Shown piece after piece: positions 1-13,831 of a DNA stretch of 64,000 bases. Under the pieces are notes generated by a model. That model worked only from the letters and a program-made list of their open reading frames with translations, was not told where the DNA came from and searched no databases. This DNA is from Mobula hypostoma (taxonomy: Eukaryota). The DNA is taken from positions 75,518,001 through 75,582,000 of the forward strand of contig NC_086108.1 of the NCBI RefSeq assembly GCF_963921235.1, in the 5' to 3' direction. The stretch's first letter is position 1; each line of letters opens with the position of its first letter. The position numbers and the translations under genes were made by a program.

Positions 1-1369
1 CAAAATGCGTCGCCCCAAGCTGTAATAGTGTTACACCACCATGGCACCCCGCTGTTTTAGATGTTTGCTGCTCATCTAAAGGTAAAACCAATGGTCATCA
101 GGCATTATATTCCTAACAGTGATGGGCAGCAGATGACAGTCTTCTATTCCTACTCTTTGGATACTTAGCATCTAGGCATAAATTTGTCCACAAAGGAGGC
201 ACGGAGATGGCAAGTCCAGGGTGAGGGTAAACACAGGGAAGCTACTTCAGGCGGGCGCTCTGGACCCATTTCCCAAACAGGCAGCGGACGCAGTTCCAGA
301 GGGAATAAACAGAAAGGACCAATCTCAGGAAATTAGTCACCCCACCACTACCTGCAGCATGAATTTAGCACAACAGGAGCTAATAGAAACTGGTTTCTCT
401 GTCAAAGTTCACCAATGTCCCAAAATGCTAAGTTTAACGTGAGTAAGGCAGACATGAAAAAGCGGGGGGGCGGGGGGGGATGCATGAGGCATGAAACTGC
501 AAATTAGGAGTCAAGCAAAATGGCTCGTTAAGGCTTTATACCTCCTTCCAGGAGACAGCAAGAGGTAAACGTGCAAGTGAACCTAGAAGTAAGCACTGTG
601 TTTATTCAAACTCATCATTCCATTCAGCCTCAAGAGATAACCAAAGCATGTATCAAAAAAATATGGTCTACATCTACAATGCAATGCCCTTATGGGATTG
701 TGTCAGAAGAATTGTCCGTTCAGTTAATATGAATATAATATTAAACTATTGTTGACCCATTATTGTTTTCATCATGAATCCTCACTAGAGAATACATGTA
801 AAAGAGTATGCAGATAAAATGGCTTAACATGCACATGTTTAGTTTTCTTGTGGATATATATCTCAGTGGAAGAACAACCACAAGAGGAAAGCACTGCCAT
901 TTCAGCGGAAGGCAGCAAGAGATGATTAGCCCATGCTGTTTTAATCATCTTTATGCTCAAAATCAAAATGGCTTATCAGAAATCTGTACAAAATGAGAAA
1001 GAAAATCATTATCTTATTGCTGTTTATGAGGGACATGCAAATACAGTAGCTTCAGCTGCAGACTCAAAGAGAAAAGCAAATACTTTGCTTGGTGTTAAGT
1101 CCAAAGTAACTAATTTAAAGATGTCAACACAGTGCTGATGACAAAATGCAGTGTCTTCTCTGTAGAGCTTTCCAAATTGTTGTTGAATAATTTCCCAAAG
1201 AAATTACCCAACCGCTAGATGAATTACTGAAATTTTAACAGTTTCAGTGTTTAAGTAGCTTGCTAAGAAGAATTAAGGAAGCATTTTTTTCAATTAAGTC
1301 ATAATTGGCTGCAATTATTCATTACTTCCAAACACATAGCATTCTCAGGAGGCAGATTTCAGACTTCTC

Positions 1370-4300
1370 AACCACATTCCCTTGCCTTCTCCCTGTAACC
1401 TTTGACGCCTTGACTAATCAAGAACATATCAACCTCCATGTTAAATACACCCAATGACATGGCAACAAAACCGTCTGTGGCATTGAATTCCACAGACTGA
1501 TTGCCCTCTGGCTAAAGAAATTCCTCCTCATCTCTGTTCTAAATGAATGTCCCACTATTCCGAGGCTGTGTCCTCTGGTCCTAGATTCACACATCTAGAC
1601 TGATGCTCTCCACATCCACTCTGTCTAAGACTTTCAATATTCAATAGGTTTAAATGAGAATCCCCCCCCACCCCACCCCCTCATTCTTCTAAATTCCAGC
1701 AAGTACAGGCCTAGAGCCATCAAACACTCCTAATACATTAAACTGTTCATTCCTGGAATCATTTTTGTGAACATCCTCTGGAAGCTATCCTATGCTAACA
1801 CATCTTTCCTTAGAGAAGGGGCCCAAAAATGCTCACAATACTCCAATTGTGGACTGAGAAATGCTATATTAAGTCTCAACATTACATCCTTGCTTTTATA
1901 TTCTGGTTCTCTTGAGACATCCAAACATTGAATTTGCCTTCCTTACAACCTGCAAGTAAACCTTTAAGAAGTCCTGTACGAGGACTCCCAAGTCCCTTTG
2001 CACCTCTGATTTTTGAATTTTCTCCCCATTTAGATAATAGTCTACATTTAATCCTTCTAGCAAAGTGCATGACTATATATTTCCCTACAATATATTCCAT
2101 TTGCTGCTTCTTTGCCAATTCTCCCTATGTGTCTAATTCCTTCTGCATACTCCCTGCTTCCTCAGCACTACCTGCCACTTAACCTATCTTCATATCATCC
2201 ACAAACTTGGCCAAAAAGCCATCAATTCCATCGTTCAAATCATTGACATATAATGTGAAAAGTAGCGATCCCATCAGGCAAACCTGTGGAACACCACTAG
2301 TAACCGGCAGCCAGTCAGAAAATGCCACTTTATTCCCATATTTGCCTCCTGCCAGAAAGCCAATTTTCTATCCATGCTGATATCTTTACTGAAATACCAT
2401 GGGCTCTTATCTTAGTAAACAGCCTCATGAGTGGCACCTTGTCAAAGGCCTTTTGAAATGCAAAAAACAACATCACTGAATCACCTTTGTTTATCCTGCC
2501 TGTTATTTATTCAAAGGATTCCAACAGATTTGTCAGGAAAGATATCCCTTAAGGAAACCATGCTGACTTTGGCCTATTTTATCATGTGCCTCCAAGGAAC
2601 CCACAACCTCATTCTTGTTAATGGACTCCAACAACTTCCTAACCAGTATGGTCAGACAATCTGGCCTATAATTTCCTCTCTTCTGTCACCTTCGCTTCTT
2701 AAAGAGTGGAGTGACATATACAATTTTCCATTCATCTGGAATCATTCCAGAATTGAGTAATTATTGAATGATCATTTCTAGTGCCTCCACAATCTCTTCA
2801 GCTACCTCTTCAGAATCCTGGGTATACACCATCTGGTCAAGGTGACTTATCTACCTTAATACCTTTCAGTTTCCCAAGTACCTTCTCCTTAGGAATAGGA
2901 ACTACATTGACTTCTGACCCCAAATTCGTGAATTTATGGCATACTTCTAGTGTCTTCCACAGTGAAGACTGGCACAAAATACTTACTAAGTTAGTCCGCC
3001 ATTTCTCTGCCCCCAGTACTACTTCTCCAGCTTCATTTTCCAGCAGCCCGATGTCCAATCTCACCTATCTTTTACTTTTTATACATCTTAAAAAAACTTA
3101 CAGTATCTTCACCTTTCACCTTTCCTCTCCTGTTGGCTTTTAAAAGCTTCCCAGTCCTCTAACTTCCCTCTAATTTTTTCTATAATATATGCCCTCTCTT
3201 TAGCTTTTATGTTGGCTAACTTCTCTGGACAGCCACAGTTTCGTCAGCCTCCTTTTAGAATACTCCTTTTTTTGGATGACTTGCCTTCCAAATTGCTCCC
3301 AGAAACTCCAGCCATTGCTGTTCTGCCGTCATCCCTGACAGTATCCCCTTCCAATCAATCTTGGCTAGCTCCTCTCTCAAGCCTTTGTAATTCTATTTAC
3401 TCCACTGTAATACTGATACACATTCTGATCACTGCATACTAAGCATTTCTTTATCTTAAACTCCCTAATCAAATCTGGTTCATTGCCCAATCTAAAGTAG
3501 TCTTTCCACTAGTGGACACAATGACAAACTGTTCTAAAAAGCCATCTCATAAACATTCTACAAATCCTCCCTCTTGGGACCCAGCACCAACCAGTTATTC
3601 CTGCATATTGAAATCTCCCACGACAATTGTAACATTGCCCTTTTTACATGTCGTTTCTATCTCCAGTTGTAATTTGTATCGTATATCCTGGCTACTGTTT
3701 GGAGGCCTGTATGTAACTCCCATCAGGAGCTTTTACCCTTACAGTTTCTTAACTCTATTCACAAGGATTGTACATCTTCTGATCCTATTCACCTCTTTCT
3801 GAGGACGTGATTTCATTTTTTGCCATCAGAGCCACCCAACACCTCTGCCTACCTGCCTGTCCTTTTGATACCATGTGTATCCTTGGATGTTAAACTTTCA
3901 ACTATGATATTCTTTCAGCCATGACTCAATGATGCCCATCATACCTGCCCATCCCTAACTGTGCTACAAGATCATTTACATTATTTTGTACACTGTGCGC
4001 ATTCAAACATAACACTTTCAGTCCAGTATTCATGACTCTTTTTGATTTTGTCCTCATGTAACACTTCAACTCATCCCACTAAAAGCAATCATCTGCCTGT
4101 CCTAGCCTGCAGTCTCACTACACACTGTATCCACTTGTATACCAGCTTCCTCAGCTCTATCACTCCGGTTCCCAACCCCCTGGCAAATGAGTTTAAATAC
4201 TTCCCAACAGCTCTTGCACACCTGCTCACAAGGATATCAGTTCCCCTTGGGGTCAGGTGTAACCCATCCTTTTTGTATAGATCATACCTTCCCCAGAAGA

Positions 4301-4670
4301 GATCCCAATGATCCTGAAATCTGAAACCCTGCTCCCTGCACCAATTTCTCAGCCATGCATTCATCTGCCAATTCATCCTATTCTTACCTCACTGGTGTGT
4401 GGCACAGGCAGCAGACCAGAGATTACTGCCCTGAAGATCCTGCTTTTCAGCTTTCCACCTAACTTCCTGTATTCTCTTTTCAGGACCTCCTTCCTTTTCC
4501 TACCTATGTCGTTGGTACCAATACGTACCACAACTTCTGGCTGCTCACCCTCCTCTTTTAGAATGCTGTGGACCTGATCTGGCCCATCTATCCCTGACCA
4601 TGGCACCTAGGAGGCAACGTACAATCTGGCTGTCTCTTTCATGTCAACGGAATTTCCTGTCTGCTCCGTT
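1370..4670 (-). mobile_element. Degenerate, largely complete CR1-clade LINE (ORF1 esterase remnant plus ORF2 remnants)
   Basis: Minus-strand fragments GTNDIGRKRKEVL and YKKDGLHL (SGNH esterase ORF1, 4089-4606) and KVLGKLKGIKVDKSP (ORF2, 2837-3064); CR1 3'-region sequence near 1370-1600; many stops and frameshifts. Confidence 0.85.
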
Positions 4671-5206
4671 ATGACTCCACAACTGTGATTTCACAGGACA
4701 CAACCTTGTATAAAATTATGTTTAAAATAAATCTACAAAGATATCATTAAAAATTGAAATTGCGTCTAATTTGTTGGAACAAAACATTTGACACCCCTAC
4801 ACAAAAGAAATGCACAAATTAGCCAAAACTTAGTCTGCAAACATATGAGGGTGGATTGCAGCCAGGAACAAGTACTAAAATAAGATGTAGAATGCCCAAC
4901 AGGATACCCAATTTAGCAAGAAGAGCATCAATAATCTTCTTTGATGTACAGCAATCAGAGAAAAACATCAGTCCTTGAAAATGTACGCTCCATAAAATTA
5001 TGTCGTCATTGAGGAGAAGGGCTACAGGAGAGATGGAGACAGCTCTCACATACCCTTAAAGGGACATCAAGTCTCATTGATCAAAGAAAGGTTCTGTGTG
5101 CCAGAAGAGAAAAAAAAACCCTTCCAGGACCTGGCGGGGCACATTTCCATAGTCTTATGCAGGAATGAGAATCCCTACATGATGCTGAAAGTACTATGAT
5201 ATCCTT

Positions 5207-5622
5207 ATAGAAACATAGACACTTAGAAAACCTACAGCACAATACAGGCCCTTCGGCCCACAAAGCTGTGCCCAACATGTACTTACCTTAGAAATTACCT
5301 AGGGTTACCATAGCCCTCTATTTTTCTGAGCTCCATATACCTATCCAGGAGTCTCTTAAAAGACCCTGTCGTACCCACCTCCACCACCGTCGCTGACAGC
5401 CCATTCCACGCACTCACCACTCTCTGAGTAAAAAACTTACCCCTGACATCCCTTCTGTACCTACTGCCAAGCACCTTAAAACTGTGCCCTCTCGTGCTAG
5501 CCATTTCAGCCCTAGGAAAAAGCCTCTGACTATCCACATGATCAATGCCTCTCATCATCTTATATACCTCTATCAGGTCATCTCTCATCCTCTGTATGCA
5601 CCTCTATCAGGTCACCTCTCAT
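5207..5622 (-). mobile_element. CR1 LINE 3' fragment
   Basis: ORF2 C-terminus RDDLIEVYK...TRGH...FFTQRVV..WN.L; 3' UTR GGGCCGAAGGGCC hairpin and TTTCTATG-like tail on the minus strand. Confidence 0.9.
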
Positions 5623-5637
5623 AATGTTCTAAATAAC

Positions 5638-8600
5638 ATTAGAAAATTAGAAAATTTTTGATTAGAACAGGCCATTTGGCCCAACAAAGCTTGCAAAAGT
5701 TCCTATTCACATAGTTTGTTGAAATAGCTATCAAGTTTGAATTTGAAAGTCTCTAAGGTACTACTCTCAACTACACAGCTAGTTAGTTTGTTCCATATGT
5801 CCACAATTCACTGTGTAAAGAAAAATGCTTCCTGATGTTAGACAGAAATTTCCCTTTAACCAGTCTCCACCTATGGTCCCGTGTCCTCATTGATGGATTA
5901 ATTTTGAAGTAGCAGCTGGCATCCACCTTACTTATATCCTTATGATTTTGAACACTTCTATCATGTCTCCTCTCATTCTACATCCACTTAGGCTAAAAAT
6001 ATTTAATTCTTTCAATCTTTCTTCATAGCCCATACCCTGCAGCCCTGGAATGAGTCTCGTCAACCTTCTCTGAACTCTCTCCAGTGCTTCCACGTCCCTC
6101 ACACAATATGGAGATCAAAATTATACGCAGTACTCAAGGTGAGGCCTCAGAAGCGCATTATAGAGCTTAAGGAGAACGTCTAAACTTGAACTCCACGGAG
6201 TGCATTATATAGCCCAACATTCTATTAGCCTTCCTAACTGCTTCTGTGCATTGTCTAGTTGTTGATAGTGATGAGTCTACAAGGACACCCAAATCCCTCT
6301 CACACAGTGCATCTTCTAACTCAAGACACCTCCCATTGTATAATTATATCTAATATTTCTACTTCCTATATGAAATCTTTTACATTTACTTACATTAAAT
6401 TTCATCTGTCATTTATCTGCCCGCATCTGGATTTTGTCTAGATCTAACCGCATTGATTCTGCTGCCTGAATTTTATCAGCCCATCCCCCTAATTTTGTCA
6501 TCTGCAAACTTCACTAGTTTATTTGTTATGTGCTTATCCAAATCATTAATGTAAACTAAAAACAGCAGCAGCCCCAAACCTGAGCCCTGCAGAACACCAC
6601 TTCTAACATCTTCTAGGTGTGAAAATGACTCTCTCACCATAACCCATTGTTCCTGTTTTTTTTAGATTATGAAGACACGTAGTCCTCTTTTATTGTCATT
6701 TAGTAATGCATGCATTAAGAAATGATACAATACTTCCTCCAGTGTGATATCACCAAACACAGGACAAACCAAGACTGAAAAAACTGACAAAACCACATAA
6801 TTATAACATATAGTTACAACAGTGTAACAATACCATCACTTGATGAAGAAGTCCATGAGCACAGTAAAAGTTCAAAGTCTCTCAAATGTCCCACATCTCA
6901 CGCAGACGGGAGAAGGAAGAAAAACTCTCCCTGCCATGCCGACCACAGTCCGACTCTGAGTCATCCGAAAACTTCAAGCTCTGATCAGCTCTCCGACACC
7001 GAGTACTGAGCGCCATCTCTGTCCGAATGATTCGACCTCAACCTCGGTCGCCAACAGCAGGCAAAGCCGGGGATTTTGAGGCCTTCCCTCCGAAAGATTC
7101 CCAACCATGCAGTAACGACAGCAGCGAACGGGCCTCTCAGAAATTTCTCCAGATGTTCCTCTGTGCTTTCACATTCCTCTCCATCAAATCAGAATTGTCC
7201 ACGGCCCCTATTTAACAGATACAATATCATTTTTCACCGGAGGGCTGCGCATGCACAGGTGCGCTGCTCTCTCTCCTCCGGCCATATTTTTGAGCCAATT
7301 CTGCACCCATTCGCACACATTACCCTGAATGCCTACTTCCTGTAATATGATTATTAACCCCTTGTGGGGTACCTTGTTAAAAGCCTCTGAAAGCCCAGGT
7401 AAATGATATCAACCGCTCTATTGTTATCACAAATTTTAGTTGCTTCTTCATAGCACTCCAGCATATCAGTAAAACATGACTTCCTCTTTCTGAACCCGCG
7501 CTGGCTTTCTGCTAACATGACTGTCTTTATCAACTGCTTTTCCATCTCATTCTTTAGTAATGTTTCCATTATCTGACCCATGATACACTTTAAGTTTACA
7601 GGTCTATAGTTGCTAGGGTCAGTGTGGTCACCCTTTGTATCTACCAGGACAACATTAGCTCGTTTCCAATCCTTAGGGATTTCACCAGTCTTCACTAACT
7701 TTTGAAAAATACATGTTAGGAGTTTGTATATATAATCACAGACCTCTCTAAGTACCCTTGGATATATGTTGTCTGGCCCTGGAGACTTACTTAGTTTCTG
7801 CCTTTTTAGCTGAAGAAGGACCTCGCATTCTAAGATCTCTAGGTCACTTCAAACAACGTTATTTTTCTCTACACTTACTGGCATATTGCTAACATCTTCA
7901 CAGGTGAATACTATAACAAAATATGAGTTAAGAGTACCTGCTATGCCCTTCTCTGTTTAAGTTATCACCTCAAAATTATTCCTAATACACTTAACATCCT
8001 CCTTGACTTTCTTTTATGCCTAAAGTATTGAAAAAAATCTCTGCACAAATTTTGTCTTTCTGAAATTCAATTTAATGACTTTGGTTTTTACTGATACAGT
8101 CTCCCAAAAAAACTGGAAGCAAAAAATATTATGATCTCATGTTCCTAAAGGCTCAACAATTTCCGTACTCAGAATTCTATCCTGATTGTTACAGAATATC
8201 AAATCTTGCCAGGCCTCCCCTCTTGTTGGTGCACTTACTTACTGGGTCAAAAACAACCTTTCAATAACTCATTGAATTCACTTTCCTGCTTTCCTGTAAT
8301 CCACTATTCACTGAGTTCTCCCACTCAGTATTTGGGAAATTAGCGTCTCCCGTAACTATAACATCACCCTCAGAAGTTGCTTTTCTAATATTCTGATGGG
8401 GTTGTTTATTAAAATTACTATCAGCATTGGGGGGTCTATAACATACACCCAATGTTATTCCTTTATCCTTATAGCTTTCAATTCTCACCCAGATGTCATC
8501 ACTAAGTCTCGATTCATCTCCTATCATAAGCAGCCTTGTGTTTAAATTCTCTCTTATGTATATGTCCACTCCTCCACTTTACAATCTTGCCTATCTATCC

Positions 8601-10480
8601 TAAGCAAAATATATCCTTTAATATTATATTCATCACCATCATTTGAGGTCAGCCAGGTTTTAGTTACAGTATTGCTATTATATCATACTTCTACGCACTT
8701 GCATAAAATTCCATTGTTTACTTTATTCTTAATACTTCTTGCATTTATATTGGCCATGCATAGTCTATTACTGATGATTTTCATCCTATTCCATTCTATT
8801 TTTACATTCTTGAAGTCTATAATTAGTTTATGTCCCAATATGTTATCCTTCACTATGGTGTTTGAACAGTACCTGGCCTGTTTTAAGTTCCCTGCCCCAC
8901 CCCAACTCCCACCCCCCATTCCCTAGTTTAAATAGTCCTCAAGTAACTGAAGCACACACCTGCCCAATACATTAGTGCCCCTCAGGTTCAAATGCAACCC
9001 ATCCCAGCAGTACAGGTTCCATCAGCCCCGAAAAGCAGCCCGATATCCCATAAACCTATGCTACTCTAACCTACACCATGATTTGATCCATGCTCTAAAT
9101 CTTCTAATCTCCTCCATCTTACCTGGACTAGCATGTGGCACAGGCAGAACTTTGTCAGTTCTGTCCCTAAGACCACCTTGTCAGTTCTGTCCCTAAGCTT
9201 CCCACCCAACTCTTTAAATTTGCCCTGCAGAGCTGACAGCCTGCCTTACCCATGTTATTTGCTCTGATCCACCCACCCCTGCCCCCCCCCCTCAGCTCTG
9301 GCTAGGAGCTTATCTACTCATCCAGGAATATCTCCTACTTGTGCTCCTGGTAGGTAACACACCGTACGAGACTCCTTGTCAGTACTCAGCTGATTCTCAA
9401 TCCCCCTGATAATTGAGTCCCCTACTATCACTACTTCCTTTTTATGGGGTTTAGGCTTAGGATTAGAAAGGGTCCTGTGGGGCTTGTCTGTACTGTTTAC
9501 CACCTCAGAGGTTTCATAGTTGTGGTCGAGCATCACTAGATGTTCAATATGGTTGGACAATTTCATCTCTGGGGTTGATGCCCCTGGACAGTGTGCGCCT
9601 CTTACCCTGTGCTTCCTTTCCACAGTCACCCACACGTCTCTTTCTTTCTGGTCTGGAGTCGCAACCCGTGGCTCTTTTGGTATGCACACTATCTCCATAA
9701 AGTACATCTGCAGCACATCTGCCAATTCTCTACAACATCACAGGTCAGCTACCTTCCCCTCAAGTCCAGCCACTTTGTTCCTGAGGTGTTGGATTAGCTG
9801 ACATTTCTCACGTATGACTCTCCGGGAAGCAATTTTCTGTGAATCTGGACATAAAGCAAGACTGACATTGCAGAGGCTGCATTATTATACTTTTAGGGGG
9901 AAAGAACCAGTGAAGGTTAAGTGATTATACTTATTTAAATTCTTAAAAGTAAACTACTATTTATACCACTTTGCTACAAAGTACTCCTACTTTGCTCCCG
10001 ATGTACTAGATAGTGCCTAACGTGTGCTTGAACGTTCTCTGGACTTTCTAGATTTACATTCTCTGATCAATTCGCTTTCTCCACCAGTGAACTACACTGC
10101 GAAGTGACTCTTGCTCCTGCTTTGTAGGCCTACAACAATTTAACCACTATATAATTATCAGCTCGCTTTTTCGTCGAAAACATGCTAAGCATTAGCAAAC
10201 TGCTTATGCAAAGATGAAAAAGAACAGCCACCCAAAGCAAGGGATAGGCTGGGAAAAATCACCTTGTGGCCCCTGTAAGGCAACCAAAGACAAGTTATAA
10301 AAGCAGCCGCTTCCAAAATTTAGAGCAGGACAATTGAAACAGAACAAAAGAATGCTGCAGACCAGACCACACTCTCCCATTCACTCTTTCCGTCACACAC
10401 TCACACTCTCCCAAACAGCCAGCACAGCTGGGCCAGAGTCCACTGCACCAGCACCCGCACAACCCGCAAGTGCGTCACAA
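5638..10480 (-). mobile_element. Near full-length degenerate CR1 LINE of a second, AT-rich family (interrupted at 6662-7282)
   Basis: ORF1 starts at ATG 9882 (CQSC...C.KC zinc finger, coiled coil, VIVGDSIIRG, WDGLHLN); APE endonuclease (NINARSI, GVCYRPP, GDAN; 8261-8770); RT (DWKRANV, NYRPV, QRGFR; 7354-7695); tail of TTTTCTAA repeats at 5638-5655. Confidence 0.85.
6662..7282 (-). mobile_element. Non-autonomous ORF-less retroposon (copy 1), inserted into CR1 RT
   Basis: Reverse-complement similarity to 50922-51613; interrupts the CR1 WVQNWLKNRKQWV codons at a T5 run that appears on both sides; AATAAA plus AATCT tail. Confidence 0.8.
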
Positions 10481-10597
10481 TCCTTCAAGTATGGTTCATT
10501 GAGTAATGTTCAAGATAGTTAAAAGCGACCCAGCAGAGACAGTGTATTTAACTTGTTGCCATATCTAATGTTATTTATGTTGTATGAAAGGACATCA

Positions 10598-11137
10598 TTT
10601 TGGTCCCCTAATCTGAGGAAAGACATCTTTGCCATAGAGGGAGTACAAAGAAGGTTCACCAGATTGATTCCTGGGATGGCAGGACTTTCATATGAAGAAA
10701 GACTGGATGAACTGGGCTTGTACTCGTTGGAATTTAGAAGATTGAGGGGGAATCTGATTGAAACATATAAGATCCTAAAGGGATTGGACAGGCTAGATGC
10801 AGGAAGATTGTTCCCAATGTTGGGGAAGTGCAGAACGAGGGGCCACAGTTTGAGGATAGAGGGGAAGCATTTTAGGACCGAGATTAGGAAAAACTTCTTC
10901 ACACAGAGAGTGGTGAATCTGTGGAATTCTCTGCCACAGGAAACAGTTGAGGCCAGTTCATTGGCTATATTTAAGAGGGAGTTAGATATGGCCCTTGTGG
11001 CTACGGGGGTCAGGGGGTATGGAGGGAAGGCTGGGGTGGGGTTCTGAGTTGGATGATCAGCCATGATCATAATAAATGGCGGTGCAGGCTCGAAGGGCCG
11101 AATGGCCTACTCCTGCACCTATTTTCTATGTTTCTAT
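10598..11137 (+). mobile_element. Young CR1 3' fragment (same subfamily as 41053 and 53577)
   Basis: FWSPNLRKDIFAIEGVQRRFTRLIPG... nearly identical to 43410-43950; 3' UTR hairpin and TTTCTATG tail. Confidence 0.95.
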
Positions 11138-11701
11138 CACTGAACAACAATAGTTCCCAATTTGTCATCACTTAAAAAGTTTTGTTTTGTGCAACAAAGT
11201 GGATGACGTCTTATTTCCACATCATATTCCATCTGCTCTGTCTCAACCATTCACAGTGAACATGATCTCCCTTGAAGCCTCTTTACACTCTTCCGGACAA
11301 ACAGTCCCACTCCATCCTGTATTATCAGCAAACAAGGAAATATTGTATCTGGTTCTCTCAGCCAGATTGGTGACCTAAATCATAAATAGTTGGGGCCCAA
11401 GCAATAATCCTTCAGGGATCAAGGATCAACCTTGCCATAAATATTTACATGTGTTAGGAAATTACTGTGGTGTGTTGGTCAGGGTGTGGCAGGCAACAAC
11501 ATTCAACAATTATAAAGTATAAAGAACTAAATAAAAATAAAGTTAGAGATTAAAGCACAGATATGGAATAAAATATGCATAAGTACATACATGCCACCAT
11601 GTATTTACCATACAAACAGCAATATAAAATGTGGTCTAAAGTACTTACAGTGTAGTGCTGTGATCGAGGTAACAGATGGGGGTGGGAGGTAACTAGAATG
11701 G

Positions 11702-11842
11702 TCGACATTTTGGGTCGAGAACCTTCATCAGGAAACATCGACTGTTTATTCTTTTCTATAGATGCTGCCTGGCCTGATGAGTTCCTCCATGATTTTGTGT
11801 GCATTGCTTGGATTTCCAGCACCTGCAGATTTTCTCTTGTTT
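11702..11842 (+). mobile_element. Short PLE terminal-repeat insertion with a small inverted 5' piece
   Basis: PLE end motif GATGCTGCCTGG...CCAGCACCTGCAG; TSD GTAACTAGAATGG (11689-11701) / GTAACTACAATGG (11843-11855). Confidence 0.8.
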
Positions 11843-12231
11843 GTAACTACAATGGCTGAACAGATTAACTGCCTGGGGAATAAACGTTTAAAATGGCTTG
11901 AAGTTTTTGCTTTTATACCCCTGTAGTGCTTTCTAAAAGGGAGCTTTTGGAAAAGGCTGTTTGCAGGCTGAGTGGTGTCTGTAATTTTTCCTGCCCATTT
12001 GCTGTCACAAGCCCTGCAGTGATGGTAGACTGCAGCCAAAGACCTTTTCAGCTGATCTGACAGTTCACTGTAGTTTTTGTATCTTGTGAGAGGATGCTGC
12101 ATGAACCAGACAGTAAGGGCTTATGTGAGGATGCTCCCAGTTATGGAACTCCAGTATGTTCTGAGAAGGCGGAATTTTACCACCATCCACAAGAAGTACA
12201 AATGTATATCCTCTGCCCAACCTTTTTGTAA

Positions 12232-12521
12232 TTGCTCAATACAAGAGGACATGGCTTTAAGGTAAGGGGTGGGAAGTTCAAGGGGGATATTAGAGGAAGG
12301 TTTTTTACTCAGAGAGTGGTTGGTGCGTGGAATGCACTGCCTGAGTCAGTGGTGGAGGCAGATACACTAGTGAAGTTTAAGAGACTACTAGACAGGTATA
12401 TGGAGGAATTTAAGGTGGGGGCTTATATGGGAGGCAGGGTTTGAGGGTCGGCACAACATTGTGAGCCGAAGGGCCTGTACTGTGCTGTACTATTCTATGT
12501 TCTATGTTCTATGTTCTATGT
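12232..12521 (+). mobile_element. CR1 3' fragment with (TCTATGT)n tail
   Basis: NTRGHGFKVRGGKFKGDIRGRFFTQRVVGAWNAL; hairpin and tandem 7-mer tail. Confidence 0.9.
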
Positions 12522-12817
12522 AAATGAGGGAAATACTGTTCTCCCACATGAGGTCCTGTGAAGTAATGATGCCTAGGAATGTGAATGTTGAAATGGTGCT
12601 AACTACAGAGTTGTTGATGTTGAATGGGTGGAGAGGAAATCAATACGTGTCTGCATGATTTTCAGCTCCAAGTTGTAATTGCACCAGGACACTAACTTGT
12701 GGCGGCATTTGAATTCATCACCTCTGGTGATTAGTCCAACGGCAGTGGTGTCATCGACAAATGTTAGCGTTTAACTGATAATGTGCCCCATTCAACCTGA
12801 GAAAGACCCATATCCCA

Positions 12818-13831
12818 AGAGTTCGAGAAAATCTGCAGATGCTGGAAGTCCAAGCAACACTCACAAAATGCTGGAGGAACTCAGAAGGCTAGGCAGCATC
12901 TCTGGAAAAGAGTCCTGTCGATGTTTTGGAATGAGACCCTTCATCGGGACTGGAAAAAAAGATGAGAAGTTAGAGCAGGAAGGCGGGGAATGGGAGGAAG
13001 AAGTACAATGTGGTAAGTGATAGACGAAACCAGGAGAGAGGGAAGGGTGAAGTAAAGAGCTGGGATTCTGATTGGTGAAAGGGCTGGAGAAGGGGGAATC
13101 TGATCGGAGAGTGTAGAAGACCATGGAAGAAAGGGAAGGGAGAGGAACACCAGAAGGGGATGATGAGCAGGTAGAGAGATAAGGTGAGAGATAGATTTGG
13201 GAATGGAGGCATTCTGAAGGGAGGAATTTTGAGAAATCAATGTTTATGCCATCAGGTTGGAGGCTACCCAGATGGAATATAAGCTGTTGCTCCTCCAACA
13301 TGAGTGTTGCCTGATCGTGGCAGGAGAGAAAGCCATGCACTGACATGTTAGAATGGGAATAGGAAGTAGAATAGAAATGAGTGGCCACCAGGAGATCTCA
13401 CTTTTTCTGGTGGAAAGAGCGTAGGTGCTCGGCAAAGCAGTCTCCCAATCTACGTTGGGTCTCGCCAATATACAAGAGGCCACACCAGGAGCACCAGATA
13501 AAGCAGATGACCTCAACAGACTCACATGTAAAGTGACACCTCACCTGAAAGGACTGTTTTGGGCCCTGAATGGTAGTGAGAGAGGAGGTGTAGGGGAAGG
13601 TATGGTATGTGACTTCCTTGTCCACTCATCCCTCCCCACTGATCTCCTTTATCCTTGCAAATGGAATAAGTGCCACACCAGGCCCCTGGACTTCCTTCCT
13701 CCTCATTCTTGCTTTAACTTCTGTCACCTTTTATTCCAGTCTTGATGAAGGGCCTTGTCCCAAACTATTTACTCTCTTCCATAGATGCTGCCTGGCTTGC
13801 TGAGTTTCTCCAGCATTTTGTGTGTATTGCT
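12818..13831 (-). mobile_element. Penelope-like element 3' part (GIY-YIG remnant) with inverted terminal repeat
   Basis: Minus-strand VICFIWCSWCGLLYIGETQRRL and LQPDGINIDFS; plus-strand PLE end at 13610-13831; flanks CCCATATCCCA / CCCATTATCCCA resemble a TSD. Confidence 0.85.

Larger units (their letters stand above)
11420..12780 (-). mobile_element. Degenerate Rex1/Babar-type LINE 3' part, with two nested insertions
   Basis: Minus-strand KITDTTQPANSLFQKLPFRKHYRGIKAKTS (Rex1-like C-terminus); F(V)DDTT-like RT remnant near 12745-12765. Confidence 0.7.

Noticed and set aside
462..480. G-runs as a G-quadruplex or promoter
   Set aside because: Two short homopolymer runs with no CpG island or other support
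11770..11800. CTGATGAG in the PLE tail as a second hammerhead
   Set aside because: Other copies read CTGCTGAG or CTGCTGCG and no GAAA follows
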